DNA of 64,000 bases from positions 19,964,995-20,028,994 of the forward strand of contig OZ037765.1 of NCBI GenBank assembly GCA_964035545.1, in the 5' to 3' direction. The position numbers and the translations under genes are program-made. This DNA is from Bugula neritina (lineage: Eukaryota > Animalia > Bryozoa). Of the stretch, positions 14,401 to 28,000 are shown one piece after another (positions within the stretch are counted from its first letter, which is position 1; each line of letters begins with the position of its first letter). The notes under the pieces are model-generated. The model saw only the letters and a list, made by a program, of their open reading frames with translations. It had not been told where the DNA came from and made no database searches.

Positions 14401-17400
14401 TGTAGTTGACCCCTTCAGCATAAAAATTTACTTTTTCTAACATTGAAGCAAGGAAATTAACCGAGACTAACTTTTCACATTGCAATATGCATGAAAGATA
14501 TGAGGTACCACTACAATTATATGATAGACAAGTAGATAAACCACATGGAACACTCACACTGAACATTTGATTGAATACACTAGTGACCAGTGGTGTTGTG
14601 GTAGCGTATGTCATAGTAGCATGTCCTTTATCTTTCTTCAGGGGTTTCACCATCTTCGGCCTCTTCACCTTTGTTCCAAGAGTTACACCTGCAGAGATGA
14701 ACACCTTGAGTGAGAGTTACTTATGGCTTATGTTGAGTATATTGAATATATAATAGTAAAGTAACTCAAAGTAACGTTACTAATAACTCGAGTAGTACTA
14801 TAGGCGGATCACAATACACGCTATGCTAGGATTAGCACCTCCATCCACTGTATCACTGATTCTCACCAAATATTAAGAGCCTCAATATATTATGGTTATT
14901 CAACATTTACGTTGCTTTATGTACATACTGTTAAACTCTCTCTCTACGACTCAACCTAATACACGTGTTATATGCTCGATAAAGTTTATTCACTTAATAC
15001 TACAATTTATATATATTTAATATCCATCTGTTTCAGCATCACATCTTCTGATATGTTTCACGCTTACAGTTCGGTAAGAAATGCACATGTTGAGAGACTC
15101 AATGATACTACACTGGTAACATAACACCTATTATGACACATTACTGGCAGTCCTTGCCAGGTACCCTTCATACCACATGCCACACTAAACAGGTTGGTTG
15201 CAAACAGATAATTCACAGAAACCGACCAGCCAGTTTGATGAGAGATCTGATGCATGGCGTGCTGATGAGCAGATCTTCGTCGCTGTCGGCACCGGCGTCA
15301 AAGCTCTGCACCTGGTCGCATACAAACTGGGCGTGTCTTATCAGAGTGTCTTCAGTCAGTGCACAGTTAACTCCTTTAGGCAGAGTGGCTCCCTACAATA
15401 ATCTTGGTGTGCAAGACAAGGTATCAATGGTTGTCAGTCCCATGATTTGCACACAGATCAACAAGCTAGGATAAAGTGACAGTTGCATTCAACTCACATT
15501 TATATTTATTAAAGTCGCTCCAAGAATTGAGTCATGTTTAGTCAGATGCGAATGACTAATCTAGCTGAACACTCAGCATTTCTGCTGATGGGTGAAATGC
15601 TAGTCACGCATGGATGCCAATTAGCAACAACATAATATGTGAAAAACATGAAAATCTACCATACAGGTAGGCCATGCTGCAAGCTAGTTATTATTCTTAT
15701 TCTATTTGACATAGTTACACAGCTTTAATTTTCAATTTATTTTATTTGAGTGTACACAATTATAATGAGCTCTCTCAACAGAGTGTACCGAAAAAATGCA
15801 AAGTTAAATGTTGCTGAGAAATCCTATTTCGTAATGAAAAATAGACTTGTATTATAAAACCATCAATAGTGATGGAATTGTAAATTCAGAACTTATACAA
15901 TTGCTAATAATATATTGATGCAACGAAATTAATACAGAGAAAACTTGCCAAAAAATTTCTCCGACCTGCATTTACATATATTCAGCCAACGAGCCATTGA
16001 AGAGTTAGCACATAACTAAACATATTCATCTCATTGTACTGAGCTAAAGCCTAAATGCTAACCTCTAATCTCTGAAGAAGATCTTCATACGAGGCACAGC
16101 CATTCTCAAGTAGGCATGATATTACCAGGTTACTCATGAACGTCTTTTCTTTAACCACACTCATGTGTCCGGAATATTCTACACTTGGCTCCATCAGGAA
16201 GTACTCAGCAAAGGCTACAACAATACTTTAAAATGGTAATTGTGACATTTGACCCCCAGTTGCGGGAGCTTGAAACAAGAGTGCTAGTTGGTATGACTTG
16301 TCTTCTCTTTAAAACAACCAAATAATATGAGTCATATTGGATTGCTGCTCATCACACGAATAGTAAAATGTTGTACGAGCAAGGCACAAGCAGCACAACA
16401 ATTATAGTAAACAAGGAACATATAAATCTTTTGAACAACTCAGCTGGAATATTCTATCCTGTAAAACAATGTTATGTTAAATACAACCCACCTGTGCTGA
16501 ATCCAATCACAGGGAAATAGCCATCAAATCCGTGGACAAACCACTCATTGATGGGACCCATCTCTTCAGTAGCAATACCACCCTCATTCGAACCATCATC
16601 AGCATATATGGGTTTCACGTGTCCACAGAAATACAATTCTTTATTCTTCTCTATAAGGCCATCGTCAAATGAGCACAAATGTCTGCATTTTCCATACACA
16701 CTGCAAGACACAAAATGCATTTTTATTCTATACCCAACTGTTCTGAATGTGTAACATTTCACATGCAATGGCTAATGGCAAATATGTAATGCATCAAGTA
16801 ATATACTCTTTTTATTAAAAAAGAAACATATAAGTTAATCTACATGTTTGCTAACTACTATTGACCATGCCAGTAGCGTAGCTTGAAGTATGAATCGTAT
16901 TCTCCTGACAATTATTTCATTAAAAACAAGCAAATAAATGAATTTACATGCTGGAATTTGTGATAAATACTCTAGGCAGTCAGTTGAAGGAGAGACAAAC
17001 CTGAAACCTGTGATCTTGTGTTGGACTCTTTCATCAGTCATAGCTGAGCTGTCTTCTTCATAGATGTTTAGCTCAGGGTTAGTTAGAGTTATGTACTCCG
17101 CGTTGGAATTCTTAGGTGGATTCACTGTGACCAGGTCATCATCCAAATATTGCCGGCAGTCGGGACATCTTTTCAGGGCAGAAGACAAACCAGTAGATGA
17201 CGAACTACAATAGATATAAACTCCATTAACATAGCATGGGTTGGCTACCATTCATAACTATACTATATATTATATGCCATCAGCCCTAGTCATAATTTCT
17301 CCTGAGCCACACATGGAAAATTCCTTAGCCCACTTTAGTCATAAAAAAACTCTTTCCACCAGGGGCTTCTCAAAGGGATAGTGGTTATAAACTTGAGCAA

Positions 17401-20400
17401 GTTATATATTATATGCCAGCAATAAATACTATCATATATACAGGACGCTACCTTTCAGAACTTTCGGCTTTCATTTTTTTCTCGCTACCATCTGTTGTTG
17501 AGGAGCTTTTACGCTTTCCAGCCATCGAGGCAAACATGGACATAATAGACTGTTGACCTTTGATCTTTGCTGCCCTCCCCAAACTATCTGATACACATAA
17601 GATTGAAAAACAATTAGTAGGGCATGAATAAAATGTTTTTATTTAAAAAAGTAATACAAGTTTAATTACTTTTCAAAGCCATGAGTGTAGTTGAAATGAT
17701 AGTGACTTTACAAAATTATATTCTGTTACCCAAAACTATAATTGTACAACCATGTCACATAATAACTGTAGTATTATATATTCAAGAGAAGTTTTTCAAA
17801 CAATTTTATTCCATTACTTCGATATTAAGCAACAATTACTCTTATAACTTTATTAGATAACAAACTTAAAAAAATATTTTAATTTAGGGTGTTTTCAGCT
17901 ACTTACTTGCATAATTGCTTATAAAATGTAAAACAATGTGACAGAATCATTCTATTATGCTTCCTGAAGGCCTTAGAGAAATAAAAATAATTACTATTAT
18001 TAAATCAATTTTAATAAATATTTATGGTCAGCTAACTGAAGAGTTGTCTTCACATTACATCATTCTATCGGCAACCCTCTGTAGTTTTTTTGAACTTAAG
18101 AAGTAATCTAGTATTGTAATAAAATGACACTAGAAAATTCCACTGTTCATCAAACATTCACAATTGGCCCACAAATTCGGTTGCCAAAAAATTGAAAATT
18201 GCTGGATGCACAACGTGACATTATACATTATACAACATGGAGGCTAATAACCTGTACTATTGTTTCATAGTACACGTACCTACTAATTTCTACATTTGAT
18301 TATTTTTGTAACTTAACTGCAAAACGCAAAGGTTTTATTTTAACAGTTATTATATAACTTTTGGTAATATTGCATCATTTGCATGCACCTTATCAGTTAT
18401 CTCATCATATTTTACAGGATATACTTTAAAACATTATATTTATACCTGCATCCTGGCTGCTATAAAAAAATAAGCAAAAAAGACAAAACAGATCGTAATA
18501 TTTACTAAAGAAACTTTTTAGAACATCAAGTGAAAATTTAAGATAAAAAATACGTTAAAGCTAAATATATGTTGAAGATGAGGCAATTTTCAAACCTTTT
18601 CCACTAGGTGGTTTCGTTTCAACCACCTCAAGATCTGTATCCATGGTATTGTTCTCTTTTTCTCCATCACTAGTGGACTCTTTAGGCTCATACTCGGAGA
18701 GTATCTCAAGAACTTTTCTAGTAAACCCTTCCTAAGTTAAAAAAGCTGTTGACAATCTAATGCTTTCTGCAATTTAATGACTGGACAAAAAATTTACACA
18801 ATTAACAACATAAGCAACACAATTACTCTAACAGCACAACTACTCTAACTATTATGATACCTACAAACCTTGTCAATCGTCTTCTGTTTATTTTGCTTTT
18901 TGATATCTGAAAGTTTTTCTAAAACTGATTCAGGCAAATATTCGTCGATTTCACCCAGCATGTGGTTGATGTAATTCTAAATTGGAAAATGATTGCAATA
19001 TATGAATATTCAATTCCTGTATGCTTTATTTAATGAAATGATGTACTAACAATTATTATTATAAGAAAAATTCTATTATTTATTGTTTCAAACACAAGGA
19101 AGCTTATTTTCTAACCTTTTGACTTGTCTGCCCATTTTCATATTCTTTATACAAGCTTGATATTCTAAAAGAAATAACTACAGTTGAAGTAAACAGCAGT
19201 AGACAAAGAGAATTTTTTTTCCAAATTTAGAAAAGATGAACTAGCAATAACACCATTCTTAGAACAGTTTTTTCTGGATAAATGGTTTTAATTTCCTCCT
19301 TAAATAATGTTCAACAAATGGTAGTAAAGATTTATATGAATATGCTACCACCCACATAATAGGGTTTTTAAACTATTTCTATAATTGTCCCTTAACTTCC
19401 AAAGTATTGCACAATTCAACTGGAAATTCTGAACTTGCAGTCTGCATTCAACGATGTGCTGCTAAAACTGTGAGACATTCAATATACCAACAATCGTGTT
19501 TCAATTGAATGGCATTTATTAGAGCTATAAGTTTAACTGATGCCAGGAATGACACTGTAAAAATAATAATGCATGAACAACTAGCTAAAATGTTTACAAA
19601 ATACATAATGTAGTTGCAGCTTTACCATTAAAATAATTAGGGCTACACAATATGATCATAGCACATGGACAATGTTAGAAACTAGATGTACATGTCAAAG
19701 AAAAGGTACTACAAAAAATATTACTTGGAATTATTACCTAATTAGTTCCATAAATTGCTGTGCAAAATCTAGCAAATAATCTACCATTACTACTACTAGA
19801 CCAAACCTGGAACAAACCTGATATTTAGTTTAATCAAAGTTACTTACAAACTAAGTGCTTAGTTTTACACTAAACTATCAACAAATTTATGGATTAGCAG
19901 AACCTCAAAAACAAAATAAAATAGGTGGATGTCAGATTAACAGAAATAAAGACTATAGAATATTTACTTGGTATGTTGTTTCAATGCAACTATATCACTA
20001 TTAGTTAGCCACTTGCAGTTTGACTTGTATAAACAAGATTGACTGAAAATACACTACAACTAAACAAATTTTATTTTTAACATTGCAGATACTTTTTCAA
20101 TGTTGGATTAATTTCTCCCTAGTTCACTGATTCAACGCAGAATTGAGAATGCTCAAAACATTAGGAATAAATAAAAAATTAGAACTATATTATGATTATC
20201 TAATCAAATATAAAATGTTAAATTTAAAGAAATTATTATTTTATAAGGCATGGTCAAAGGTTTCATTCCAGATAAACGCTTTTCACTTAGACGCTTCCCA
20301 GTTAGACGCTATTTTTTTGGTACAATATATTATACAGTAATATACCTATACATGCCTATATAACTGTTGTATTGATTGTTAGACATGAAATAATAGTTAA

Positions 20401-23349
20401 TGTAAACATGAATTATCTGGAACATTTCAATTTTCACGGATTTGTGTCGGACAAAAAACAGTAATACATTAATAATGGACACTATCATTAATGAATACTC
20501 ATTAATGACATATTTTTTCAAACAAGAAGTATAGAAAATGCAAAATTAAGAAGTTATTGCATATCAAAGAAATTTATTTAAGTGCTAAATAACAAACAAT
20601 GGATCCAAATTTATTTAAATATACATACATGTATATTTCAATAATATTCAAATAAATTGCACATAAAATACATTATGTATTGTATAAATAAATAGTGTCT
20701 AACTGGGAAGCGTCCATATGGGAAGCGTCCAAGTGGAAAATTTAAGCTAGCATCTAATCGGGAAGCGTCTATCTGGGATGACACCTAGTCAAATGGTAAT
20801 AACTTCATGTTATTATTATGAATATTATAATTATTAAATTTACTTACAGTTTTATTATCTATTTAGTACTAATGCTATTAGCATTAAACCAAGTAACTGT
20901 ATAAGTAGTATTACTTCACTATTAGTATTGCAAATAAGAACTAATTTAAATTTAAATTTGTATGGTATTTATATTCATATTGACTTTGAGTTACCGTACT
21001 TATTATCACATTCATATTGAATTTGATATATGCATTCCTATCAATAACTAATACATATAATATGTTATTAATTATCATTATCAATAAACATCATTATGAT
21101 GATCATAATCATAACCGTTGAGTGATAACCGATAACAGTAAATCATATTTTATAATTTAAGAAATTATAATGAATATCAATATGATATTGACTATCATTA
21201 TTATTATCATCATCAACTGGTTGTATCACACTTCACAGCTTTTTGATGGTGTAATCGTTTACCATCACTGATAGGCCATCAGCCTAGTTCCACTAGACTT
21301 GAAGGGATAGATCTAGAACTTTTCTCAAATATAAAGTATTATATTTATTATTATGTAACTCCTAGTTTTTGTTTTTTGGAGGACACGGACACGATGATCT
21401 TTGTGAAGGATAGCAAGGGAAGAATCTTGTGTGGAGACGATGGTATAAAGAAAATATTGGGGAGAATACTGTGATAATATGCTCAACACTAAAAATTACA
21501 GGATGGACTTATTAGAAATGATAGAATAGAGGGACCGATGAAGCAGATAAGGGAATTCGAAGTCAAAATACAGCTAGAAAAGATGAAAAATAGAAAGGCA
21601 ACTGAACCAGATGAGTTCCCCCATAGAGGTTGTGAAGAGACTCGAGCATACAAATCTAGCTTGGATGACGCTGTACTACAGGATGTACAGAAAAATGGGA
21701 TACCACTAGAATGGAGAAAAAGCAAGATTACACTACTGTATAAGCATAAAGGAGATCCTTTAAACTGCTCAAACTATAAAGGAATAAAGCTTCTCAGTCA
21801 CTGCCTAAAGCTCTGGGAGCGAGGCTCAGGGAAATGAGTAAGACCAGCAGCAAGCAATATGGCTTTCAGAAGGGGAAGTCAACAACACAGCCCATGTTTT
21901 ATCTAAGAATTTTCCAGGAAAAAATGAGGGTACACCAAAAAGACTTGCATATGATCTTCGTCAATCTAGAAAAAGTATACAATGCGGTACCTAGAGAGTA
22001 GAGACCTAATCTGGAACTGACCGAGGAAGCGTGGAGTTCCAGAGACATATGTAAGTGCCATCAAAGACATGTACCAGGGCAGCAAAACATCAGTTGTGAC
22101 AAGTGTAGGTGAAACAAATGAGATGGATATAGAAGTAGGATTACATCATAGATCTGCACTAAGCCCTTGCCTTTTCATCATGATCTTGGATGTCATAACT
22201 GAGGAGATTCAGGAAGACACGCCATAGGCAATGTTATTTGCTGATGACCTTGTTCTTTGTGATGAGACCAGGGAGAGGATGGAAAAGAGACTAGAGAACT
22301 GGAGGGGGGGGGGTTTAGAGGATGCAGGTTTAAAAGTTAGTAGGTCAAAGACAGAACATCTGCATAGTCGGATATCTACAAAGGAGAGAGATGAAGGAGT
22401 ATGATGGAGAAGGTTCAACTGATCTGCCGCAGGTATCAGCATTCAAATACCTGGAAACCACAATAGACCAAGAAGGAGGATGTGGAACTGAAATTCCAGA
22501 GAGGATAGAGAAGGGACGGAATAGATGGAGAGAGTTGTCAGGAGTGCTTGTGATAAGAAAATTCCCACTAAGCTCGAGGTTCTGTTGTACAAGATGGTAA
22601 TGAAACCTACACTGATGTATGGAAATGAGATCTGACCAGTGACTCAAGGACAAAAGGACACAATAAGTGCAACTGACATGAGGGTGCTCTGACACATTTA
22701 CAATATAGACTGAGAAAAACCATGTAACAAATGATAATATAAGGCCAAAATAGAAGCGATCGCAATAGGCATGAAGAGGAAACATCTTCAATGGTATAGA
22801 CATACGTACGGTACGCAAAAGAGATAAAGAGGAAGATAATTTAGAATGGTGGTTGAGATGAAGATACAGGGAAAGAGAAACTCAGAAAGAGAGGGAGGCC
22901 AAAGAAAAGGTGGGTGGATACAGTGAATGATGACATGCTGAGATGAGACCTCTCAGATGAAGGTGTTGATGACGGAATCAGGTGGCATTTTCTGATAGCA
23001 CTTAAAGCCCTGCAGGACCAGTACCACCACCTATCCCGGACCACAGCGGACCAAGTGAGAAAGGTGAGAAATTATCATTATGTAAATCCTAGAAGTAGAT
23101 AGAACATAAACATCAAAACTTAGTGATACTGATAATCATAATTTAATATTAATTATTAAATTTAATATCTCATTAAATGATTAACGAATCATCATTAAAT
23201 TTAATGATTAAAAATGAATTTAATAAATAATAAATTAAAATAATAAATTTTATGAATAAAAATTAAAATAAAACTTTTCAGCTTGGTACGGCTTACCTTT
23301 CTCTAGTATCAGTAGGTAACATGCTATAATTTAAAGCTGATTGAGCCAT
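2402..23349 (-). CDS. DNMT1: DNA (cytosine-5)-methyltransferase 1, about 29 coding exons
   Basis: GT-AG exons give the canonical domain order. DMAP1-binding N-terminus [18 protein letters not shown]|[16 protein letters not shown] (23349-23297, 19164-19116). PIP box QQSIMSMF (about 17452-17587). RFTS CPDCRQY...[20 protein letters not shown]...[13 protein letters not shown] (17204-16063). [27 protein letters not shown] (14239-14085). BAH1 13319-11273 and BAH2 10789-8166. MTase motif [10 protein letters not shown] (7581-7497), catalytic GGPPCQGFS (6471-6340), ENV (6055-5853), [27 protein letters not shown] (3524-3284), [11 protein letters not shown] (3119-3003). Last exon [14 protein letters not shown]...NC* (2494-2402). 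Confidence 0.97.
3250..3278. repeat. (TCAA)n microsatellite
   Basis: atcaatcactcaatcaatcaatcaatcaa, directly beside a DNMT1 donor site. Confidence 0.8.
4587..4665. repeat. Dispersed repeat fragment, copy 1
   Basis: gctttatgtacatactgt...atgctcaataaagcttattcacgtaatactaca recurs at about 14913-15005. Confidence 0.65.
7288..7465. repeat. Degenerate AT-rich minisatellite (about 30-37 bp unit)
   Basis: tattataaatacaacatatattat repeated about 4 times in a DNMT1 intron. Confidence 0.7.
8621..9568. repeat. 23-bp minisatellite, about 41 copies (ctgtatactagagtgtagttata)
   Basis: Near-perfect tandem array that begins at the 3' splice site of DNMT1 exon 8620-8413. Confidence 0.97.
12735..12825 (-). mobile_element. 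SINE 3' fragment
   Basis: The reverse complement matches the SINE tail ttctcacagggatgg(c/t)g(g/a)ctataaacc seen in the fuller copies. Confidence 0.6.
13920..14069 (+). mobile_element. tRNA-derived SINE, internally deleted copy with a TSD of about 16 bp
   Basis: Head ggagcagccgtggtctagcggttag (A-box), ttcgaacc (B-box), body ggccattggtgatgttaggaa, tail gactataaaccc. Flanked by ttaaaaataaatacct (13903-13918) and ttaaaaataaactacct (14070-14086). Confidence 0.8.
14913..15005. repeat. Dispersed repeat fragment, copy 2
   Basis: Matches 4587-4665. Confidence 0.65.
17275..17400 (+). mobile_element. SINE 3' half
   Basis: agtcataatttctcctg...ccttagcccac...ttctcaaagggatagtggttataaac matches the SINE body and tail. 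Confidence 0.65.
20259..20785. mobile_element. Non-autonomous DNA transposon (MITE), 527 bp, 8-bp TSD
   Basis: Left TIR ggtttcattccagataaacgctt versus reverse complement of the right end ggtgtcatcccagatagacgctt. Inner inverted pair cttcccagttagacgctatt / aatagtgtctaactgggaag. Subterminal gggaagcgtc repeats. Flanks tggtcaaa (20251-20258) and tagtcaaa (20786-20793). Confidence 0.85.
21366..23071 (+). mobile_element. 5'-truncated, decayed RTE-clade non-LTR retrotransposon (RT pseudogene), antisense in DNMT1 intron 1
   Basis: Broken RT frames [106 protein letters not shown], with stops and frameshifts. Short-repeat tail gtgagaaaggtgagaaa. 21-bp TSD ttattattatgtaactcctag (21345-21365) / ttatcattatgtaaatcctag (23072-23092). 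Confidence 0.92.
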
Positions 23350-23464
23350 TTTATTACTTTTAAAATATCATTCAATAAAAATTTGATCTAAAAGTTAGCC
23401 AGCTCAGCCTAAAACCACTTAAAATTGATGCCTACAGTTACACACTCCTTTCTTACAAGTAAAA

Positions 23465-23525
23465 AGTATTCCCGCCACTCGGTATCCAATAGAACGTATT
23501 GGTAATTTCCCAACAATCAGTACAA
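23465..23525. promoter_or_regulatory. Divergent DNMT1/TMEM8 promoter core with an E2F site and paired CCAAT boxes
   Basis: TTCCCGCC at 23469-23476, CCAAT at 23486-23490, ATTGG at 23498-23502 and Inr-like TCAGT at about 23517. About 120 bp upstream of the DNMT1 ATG, in a locally CpG-richer patch. Confidence 0.65.
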
Positions 23526-25026
23526 AAATGTGGTTTCAATGAAGGTTCTATAGCGTATCATTTCGGAGATCGCTTGATGCAGCACGACTTTTGGAATCAC
23601 TTCAAGCATTGGTTAGTAGAAGGTCTCAAATTGGCAGTTGTAGTTCGGACATTGGAATCTCAATATTATTATAAACGCACACTGCATTCGGTGGCTCTAA
23701 AGTTGATGCTGCATTTAGCAACTTCTTATAATGTTATTATAATATTTTCGTGAAAAAGCTGTCTTTTTCCGACAGTTGCGTCTTGCGTCACAAATACTTT
23801 AGCGAGCCTTGTTTAAAACATTAACTCTTGCTTCCTGTGTTTATTATAATAATCATTGACAGGAACTGCATAATTGATAATTAATCATGGTGATTACCAT
23901 AAAATAAATTCAAATTGACAATCCAAGACTTTAACTAATGATAATTATTATTTGAGTTAATAGTTTATACGAATATGCTTTAAATTTATGATAATGCGTC
24001 AAAATTCGTGTTTTATTTCATTTTTTTCACAATTGACGCATTGTCATTGTGATTGTTAATGTAATCAGTAACTCTAACTGTAATTCTGTAATGTAATCAT
24101 AATCATAATATAATAATCTAATGTACTTATAGTTATAGTTATACTTGTAGTTGCGTTATACTTATTGTGATTGTGGAAGATAGTACTAGTGGTAGTAGTA
24201 GTAGTAGTACTAGTAGTAGTTCTACTTCTATTAGTACACCTAGACTTTTACTTCTTAGTTCTTAATCTTAGACTTAGGGCTAGGCAGTTGAAGTTTCTGT
24301 TAATGTAAATGTTAGTCTCTTACTCTTAGTGTTAGTGTCAGTTAGTTACTAGTAATGGTTAGTGATACTAATAATCTAAGTCATAGTGATACTGATAGTG
24401 TTCCTCATAATCATACTGAGTTACTCTAACTTTTAGTTTTAGAGTTTTACTTTAGTTCTTTACTTCAGACTTCAGAGTTTCAGTTTAATCTAGCCCTATG
24501 TGAATGTCTATACTTTTTAATTTCAAGTCTGAGACTGATTTTAGTTTAACTTTAAATTTAAGTTCAGTCTAGTCACACTTACTGAATCTACTTTTAGCTT
24601 TCTATTTAGAGTTGGGGGGCTTAGCGTTTCGGCTTTTAGTTTTAGTGATGATAATGAGTATGATAACTGTGCTTATAGTTATACTTATACTAGTACTTAC
24701 ACTAGTTACACTATAGCTCAACATCAATATGAATATGAGTATTAAATTTTAATTTGATGCTAGATCAACAAAATTTTGATTTAACCAATGCAAATATCAA
24801 TATCAATATGAAAAATGAAGAGTTATAACCTATAACTGTATAAATGAAAATATTAGTATAGGAATAGCTGTTATCATCATCAGTAAGTATATGAGTATGA
24901 CTATAACTTAAAGTCAATTTCTAAATACAATGTTCTACCTAACTCGGACTTCAAACAGTTAGCGTGGTTTCCGATAATGTTTCTCTTATGATGTGTAATA
25001 TCTCTTTCTTCTGTGTAGATTAGATC

Positions 25027-28000
25027 ATGTTAAAGAATGAAGAGAGGGTGCTTATTTTTGCACTTGGTAAGTATTTATACTGTCATTGATGAAAAGCATT
25101 TAAAAAGGAAGCATTTTTCTCAAAAATTGTTTGATAATAGGCGTGGAAGGCTGTTGCACAACGTTTTGTAATAAAAAGAATAGACTGACCCCTCCCCCTC
25201 CCTACCAAAAGTTGTACATGTAAGTAGTTCAACCAAGTACAGAGTTATTTTAATTATAACCATTTTACAAGATAAAAATATATTAGTCATTTTAGTGTAA
25301 TGATGCACATGATTTTTATAATTAACTAAAATTGCAACAAAAAAGCTATTTAACTTGCTGCTGTTAATTGTGTGAATTGTTTCATGCATGACATTATAGA
25401 TGTCACTTGTTGAGTACTTCTTATTATGCAGTAATTATGTTTTACTTGTATAATTTTATCTAAAAGCTCTCCAACTAGCAATAATTACTGGTAAAAATCT
25501 AGTTATTATTTATATGACAGTATATGTGAAGACAATTTTATGTTCACAAAACAGTGATGTTTTTGTACCATACATGTATAGTTAAGAAAGCTTGTACGTT
25601 TATCAGTTGAAGACAAATTTAGCTGGGATGTAATATCGGTGTGTAGGCAAGCAAGCATCGTCTTACATAAAATGTATTGACTAAATCTTAAGATCACAAG
25701 ACTCCTGCAAACACAACTTCGCCCAGTCATGGGTTAGACTCGTGAAAAGGCATTGATTTTAGTTCAACTGTTGATTCTAATTTTAACTATACAGTCTATA
25801 ACTTCCTCAACAAACTTTTAGTGGCACCTCTTTTGTGTTCAACTCTATTTGCTTGAGACAAAATAGATTAAAGCAGAAATAAATTCTAAAATTTTTATGG
25901 TTTGTTCATTTGATAACACATATTCTCTAAACTTCTTGCATCACAAAAATTACAAACAAACTTCGCATTTGATCATTTTTTCACTTTTTATCAAAAAAAT
26001 AGATGAAAATGTGCAGCAAAGTAAAAAAAGTAATACAAAAATGTAAAAGATTATTTATATTATCTCTAAATCAAACTTTAGGTAAAACATTTAGACTAAT
26101 CTTTGAGATAAGAATGGGACCAATTTTAAGTAGTATTAACTTAAGTGAGTAGTTAGATGTTTGTATGTTACTTGTTGCTATTTAGCTTTAATAGGTGAGT
26201 TGTTGTATTATCTGACTAAAGAGGAACTGTGTGATACTTCTTGGTGAAAATCCTAAATAGATTATCAATTGATATCATTGCTAAAAAAAGTCTATACATT
26301 TAGAGATGGTCATTGAAAAAAAGTTTCTGTATTAAAATATACCACTATTAATGTTTCAGTGCTTTTTTACCATAAAATACCACTCGTGCACTTCTTTTGT
26401 AATAATCCTTGCTTTTGATTTCACCCTAGTTGTTGCCTCTACAACGTATGACACAGTAGCTAACTTAGCTGGCAGCACATACGAAGTCAAAGAACCACAT
26501 GCTTTGAGAGAGTTTCACGATTATGGAGACGTATATTTTTCTCAGTTCAGCATACCAACTGGAACTAATTATGCAGTGTGGACTTTCATTCTGCTCTCCA
26601 ACCCTCTGCAATCAAAATGTCAACCTAATAACATATCAGCCACAGTGTAAGATTTTTCTTTTGTAGAATGTTTTTCTTGGCATCGATTGGTATCCAGTGA
26701 TGATTATTTTTATTTTAACTTTCAATGTATAAGATTCTATTATTTAAATTAATAACTTTCACTAGTCAATACTTACTATTTTAATTACACAGTTGAGTAT
26801 AAATAAGGAACTTTTAATAACTTTCTTATAATGTGGCTTAGTTTGCAGTCAAATGCTTGAAGGAATTTGTTTGCAACATCGTTAGTTTCTGTAATTTGCC
26901 TAGCTGGCTATTTCATGACACAGGAAGTTGGCACATATTATATCTATATACTGCCTGCTAAGTGTTTATGAATAATGGAGACTAGCATTTGTTAGTTTTT
27001 ATCAGAGCAGCGCAATATGATAACAGTAAGGTGTTTTCTTACATTGTTATGCAATAATTTTAGCTACCTTCAGCACGAAGGCTATCCCATATTTACTCCA
27101 TTCAATGAATCTTTTCCACAATCATTTGACACCGACAGTTCTTATTTTACCAAGGTGAGATGCTAAGTTGTAATGATAGTGTGAGTCTAAAAAATAGGCC
27201 CTTGCAAGTTTTGAGATTACAAAACAAGATTTCTTTCAAAGGCCATTGCTTTGATATTTTGAATACAGTTTTAATGTAATATTTGCTATAACATATACAT
27301 ACTTGTGTAGTTGAAGATGTCTATATGTTTTACTTTCACAATGTTTATTTTTATTGCTATTTCAAAAAAATTATACACCTCAAAGTAATACAAAACATAA
27401 TACCAATTCAAAGTAGTTTTATGTCCTTTTGTTAGTTTTAAACTAATTCACTGCTTAAATAACTCATTTATTACTGGGTAGTTGTATATAACATTAGTCC
27501 GCAAGTGTCTCTTGCTGTAGACCCACAGATGTTTTATCACCCTGTGTTTTCGCTATTTTGTTTTACATTTGAGCAAGGTATAAGCTATATTTTATAAGGA
27601 ATATTTAACATTTATTGCAAACTGTTTGAACTGATTTTTAAACTTTGTATAGTGTGTTGTGTGACGTTCGCAAGTTGGCTGTAACTGTGCAAACTCAGTT
27701 GTACTTTAGACTTCACTCAAATTGTATAGTCATCTTCATTGTGAATTTAGCTTAAATAAAAAAAGTTTCCCCAGATTGATATGATTTCTGAGAATATTTT
27801 GATGTCTGATGCATTTTTAAAACCACAAGAGTCTATTCTGGCTTGCACCTATTTTTTACTTTACATTTAAAACTTTCAAATCATATACAGAATTTTTGTT
27901 CATTTATCCAGAATCTCAGTAACTTAACTAGTCACAGCTAGTCACACTATGTGGTTTATTCGTTATAGCTAATGCTGGTTTATTTGTAGGTGTCTTTAGA

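Noticed and set aside
3411-16754. Plus-strand ORFs overlapping DNMT1 exons (and similar ORFs opposite TRPA1 and VWA exons)
   Set aside because: Antisense shadows of real exons, with no independent motifs or splice structure.
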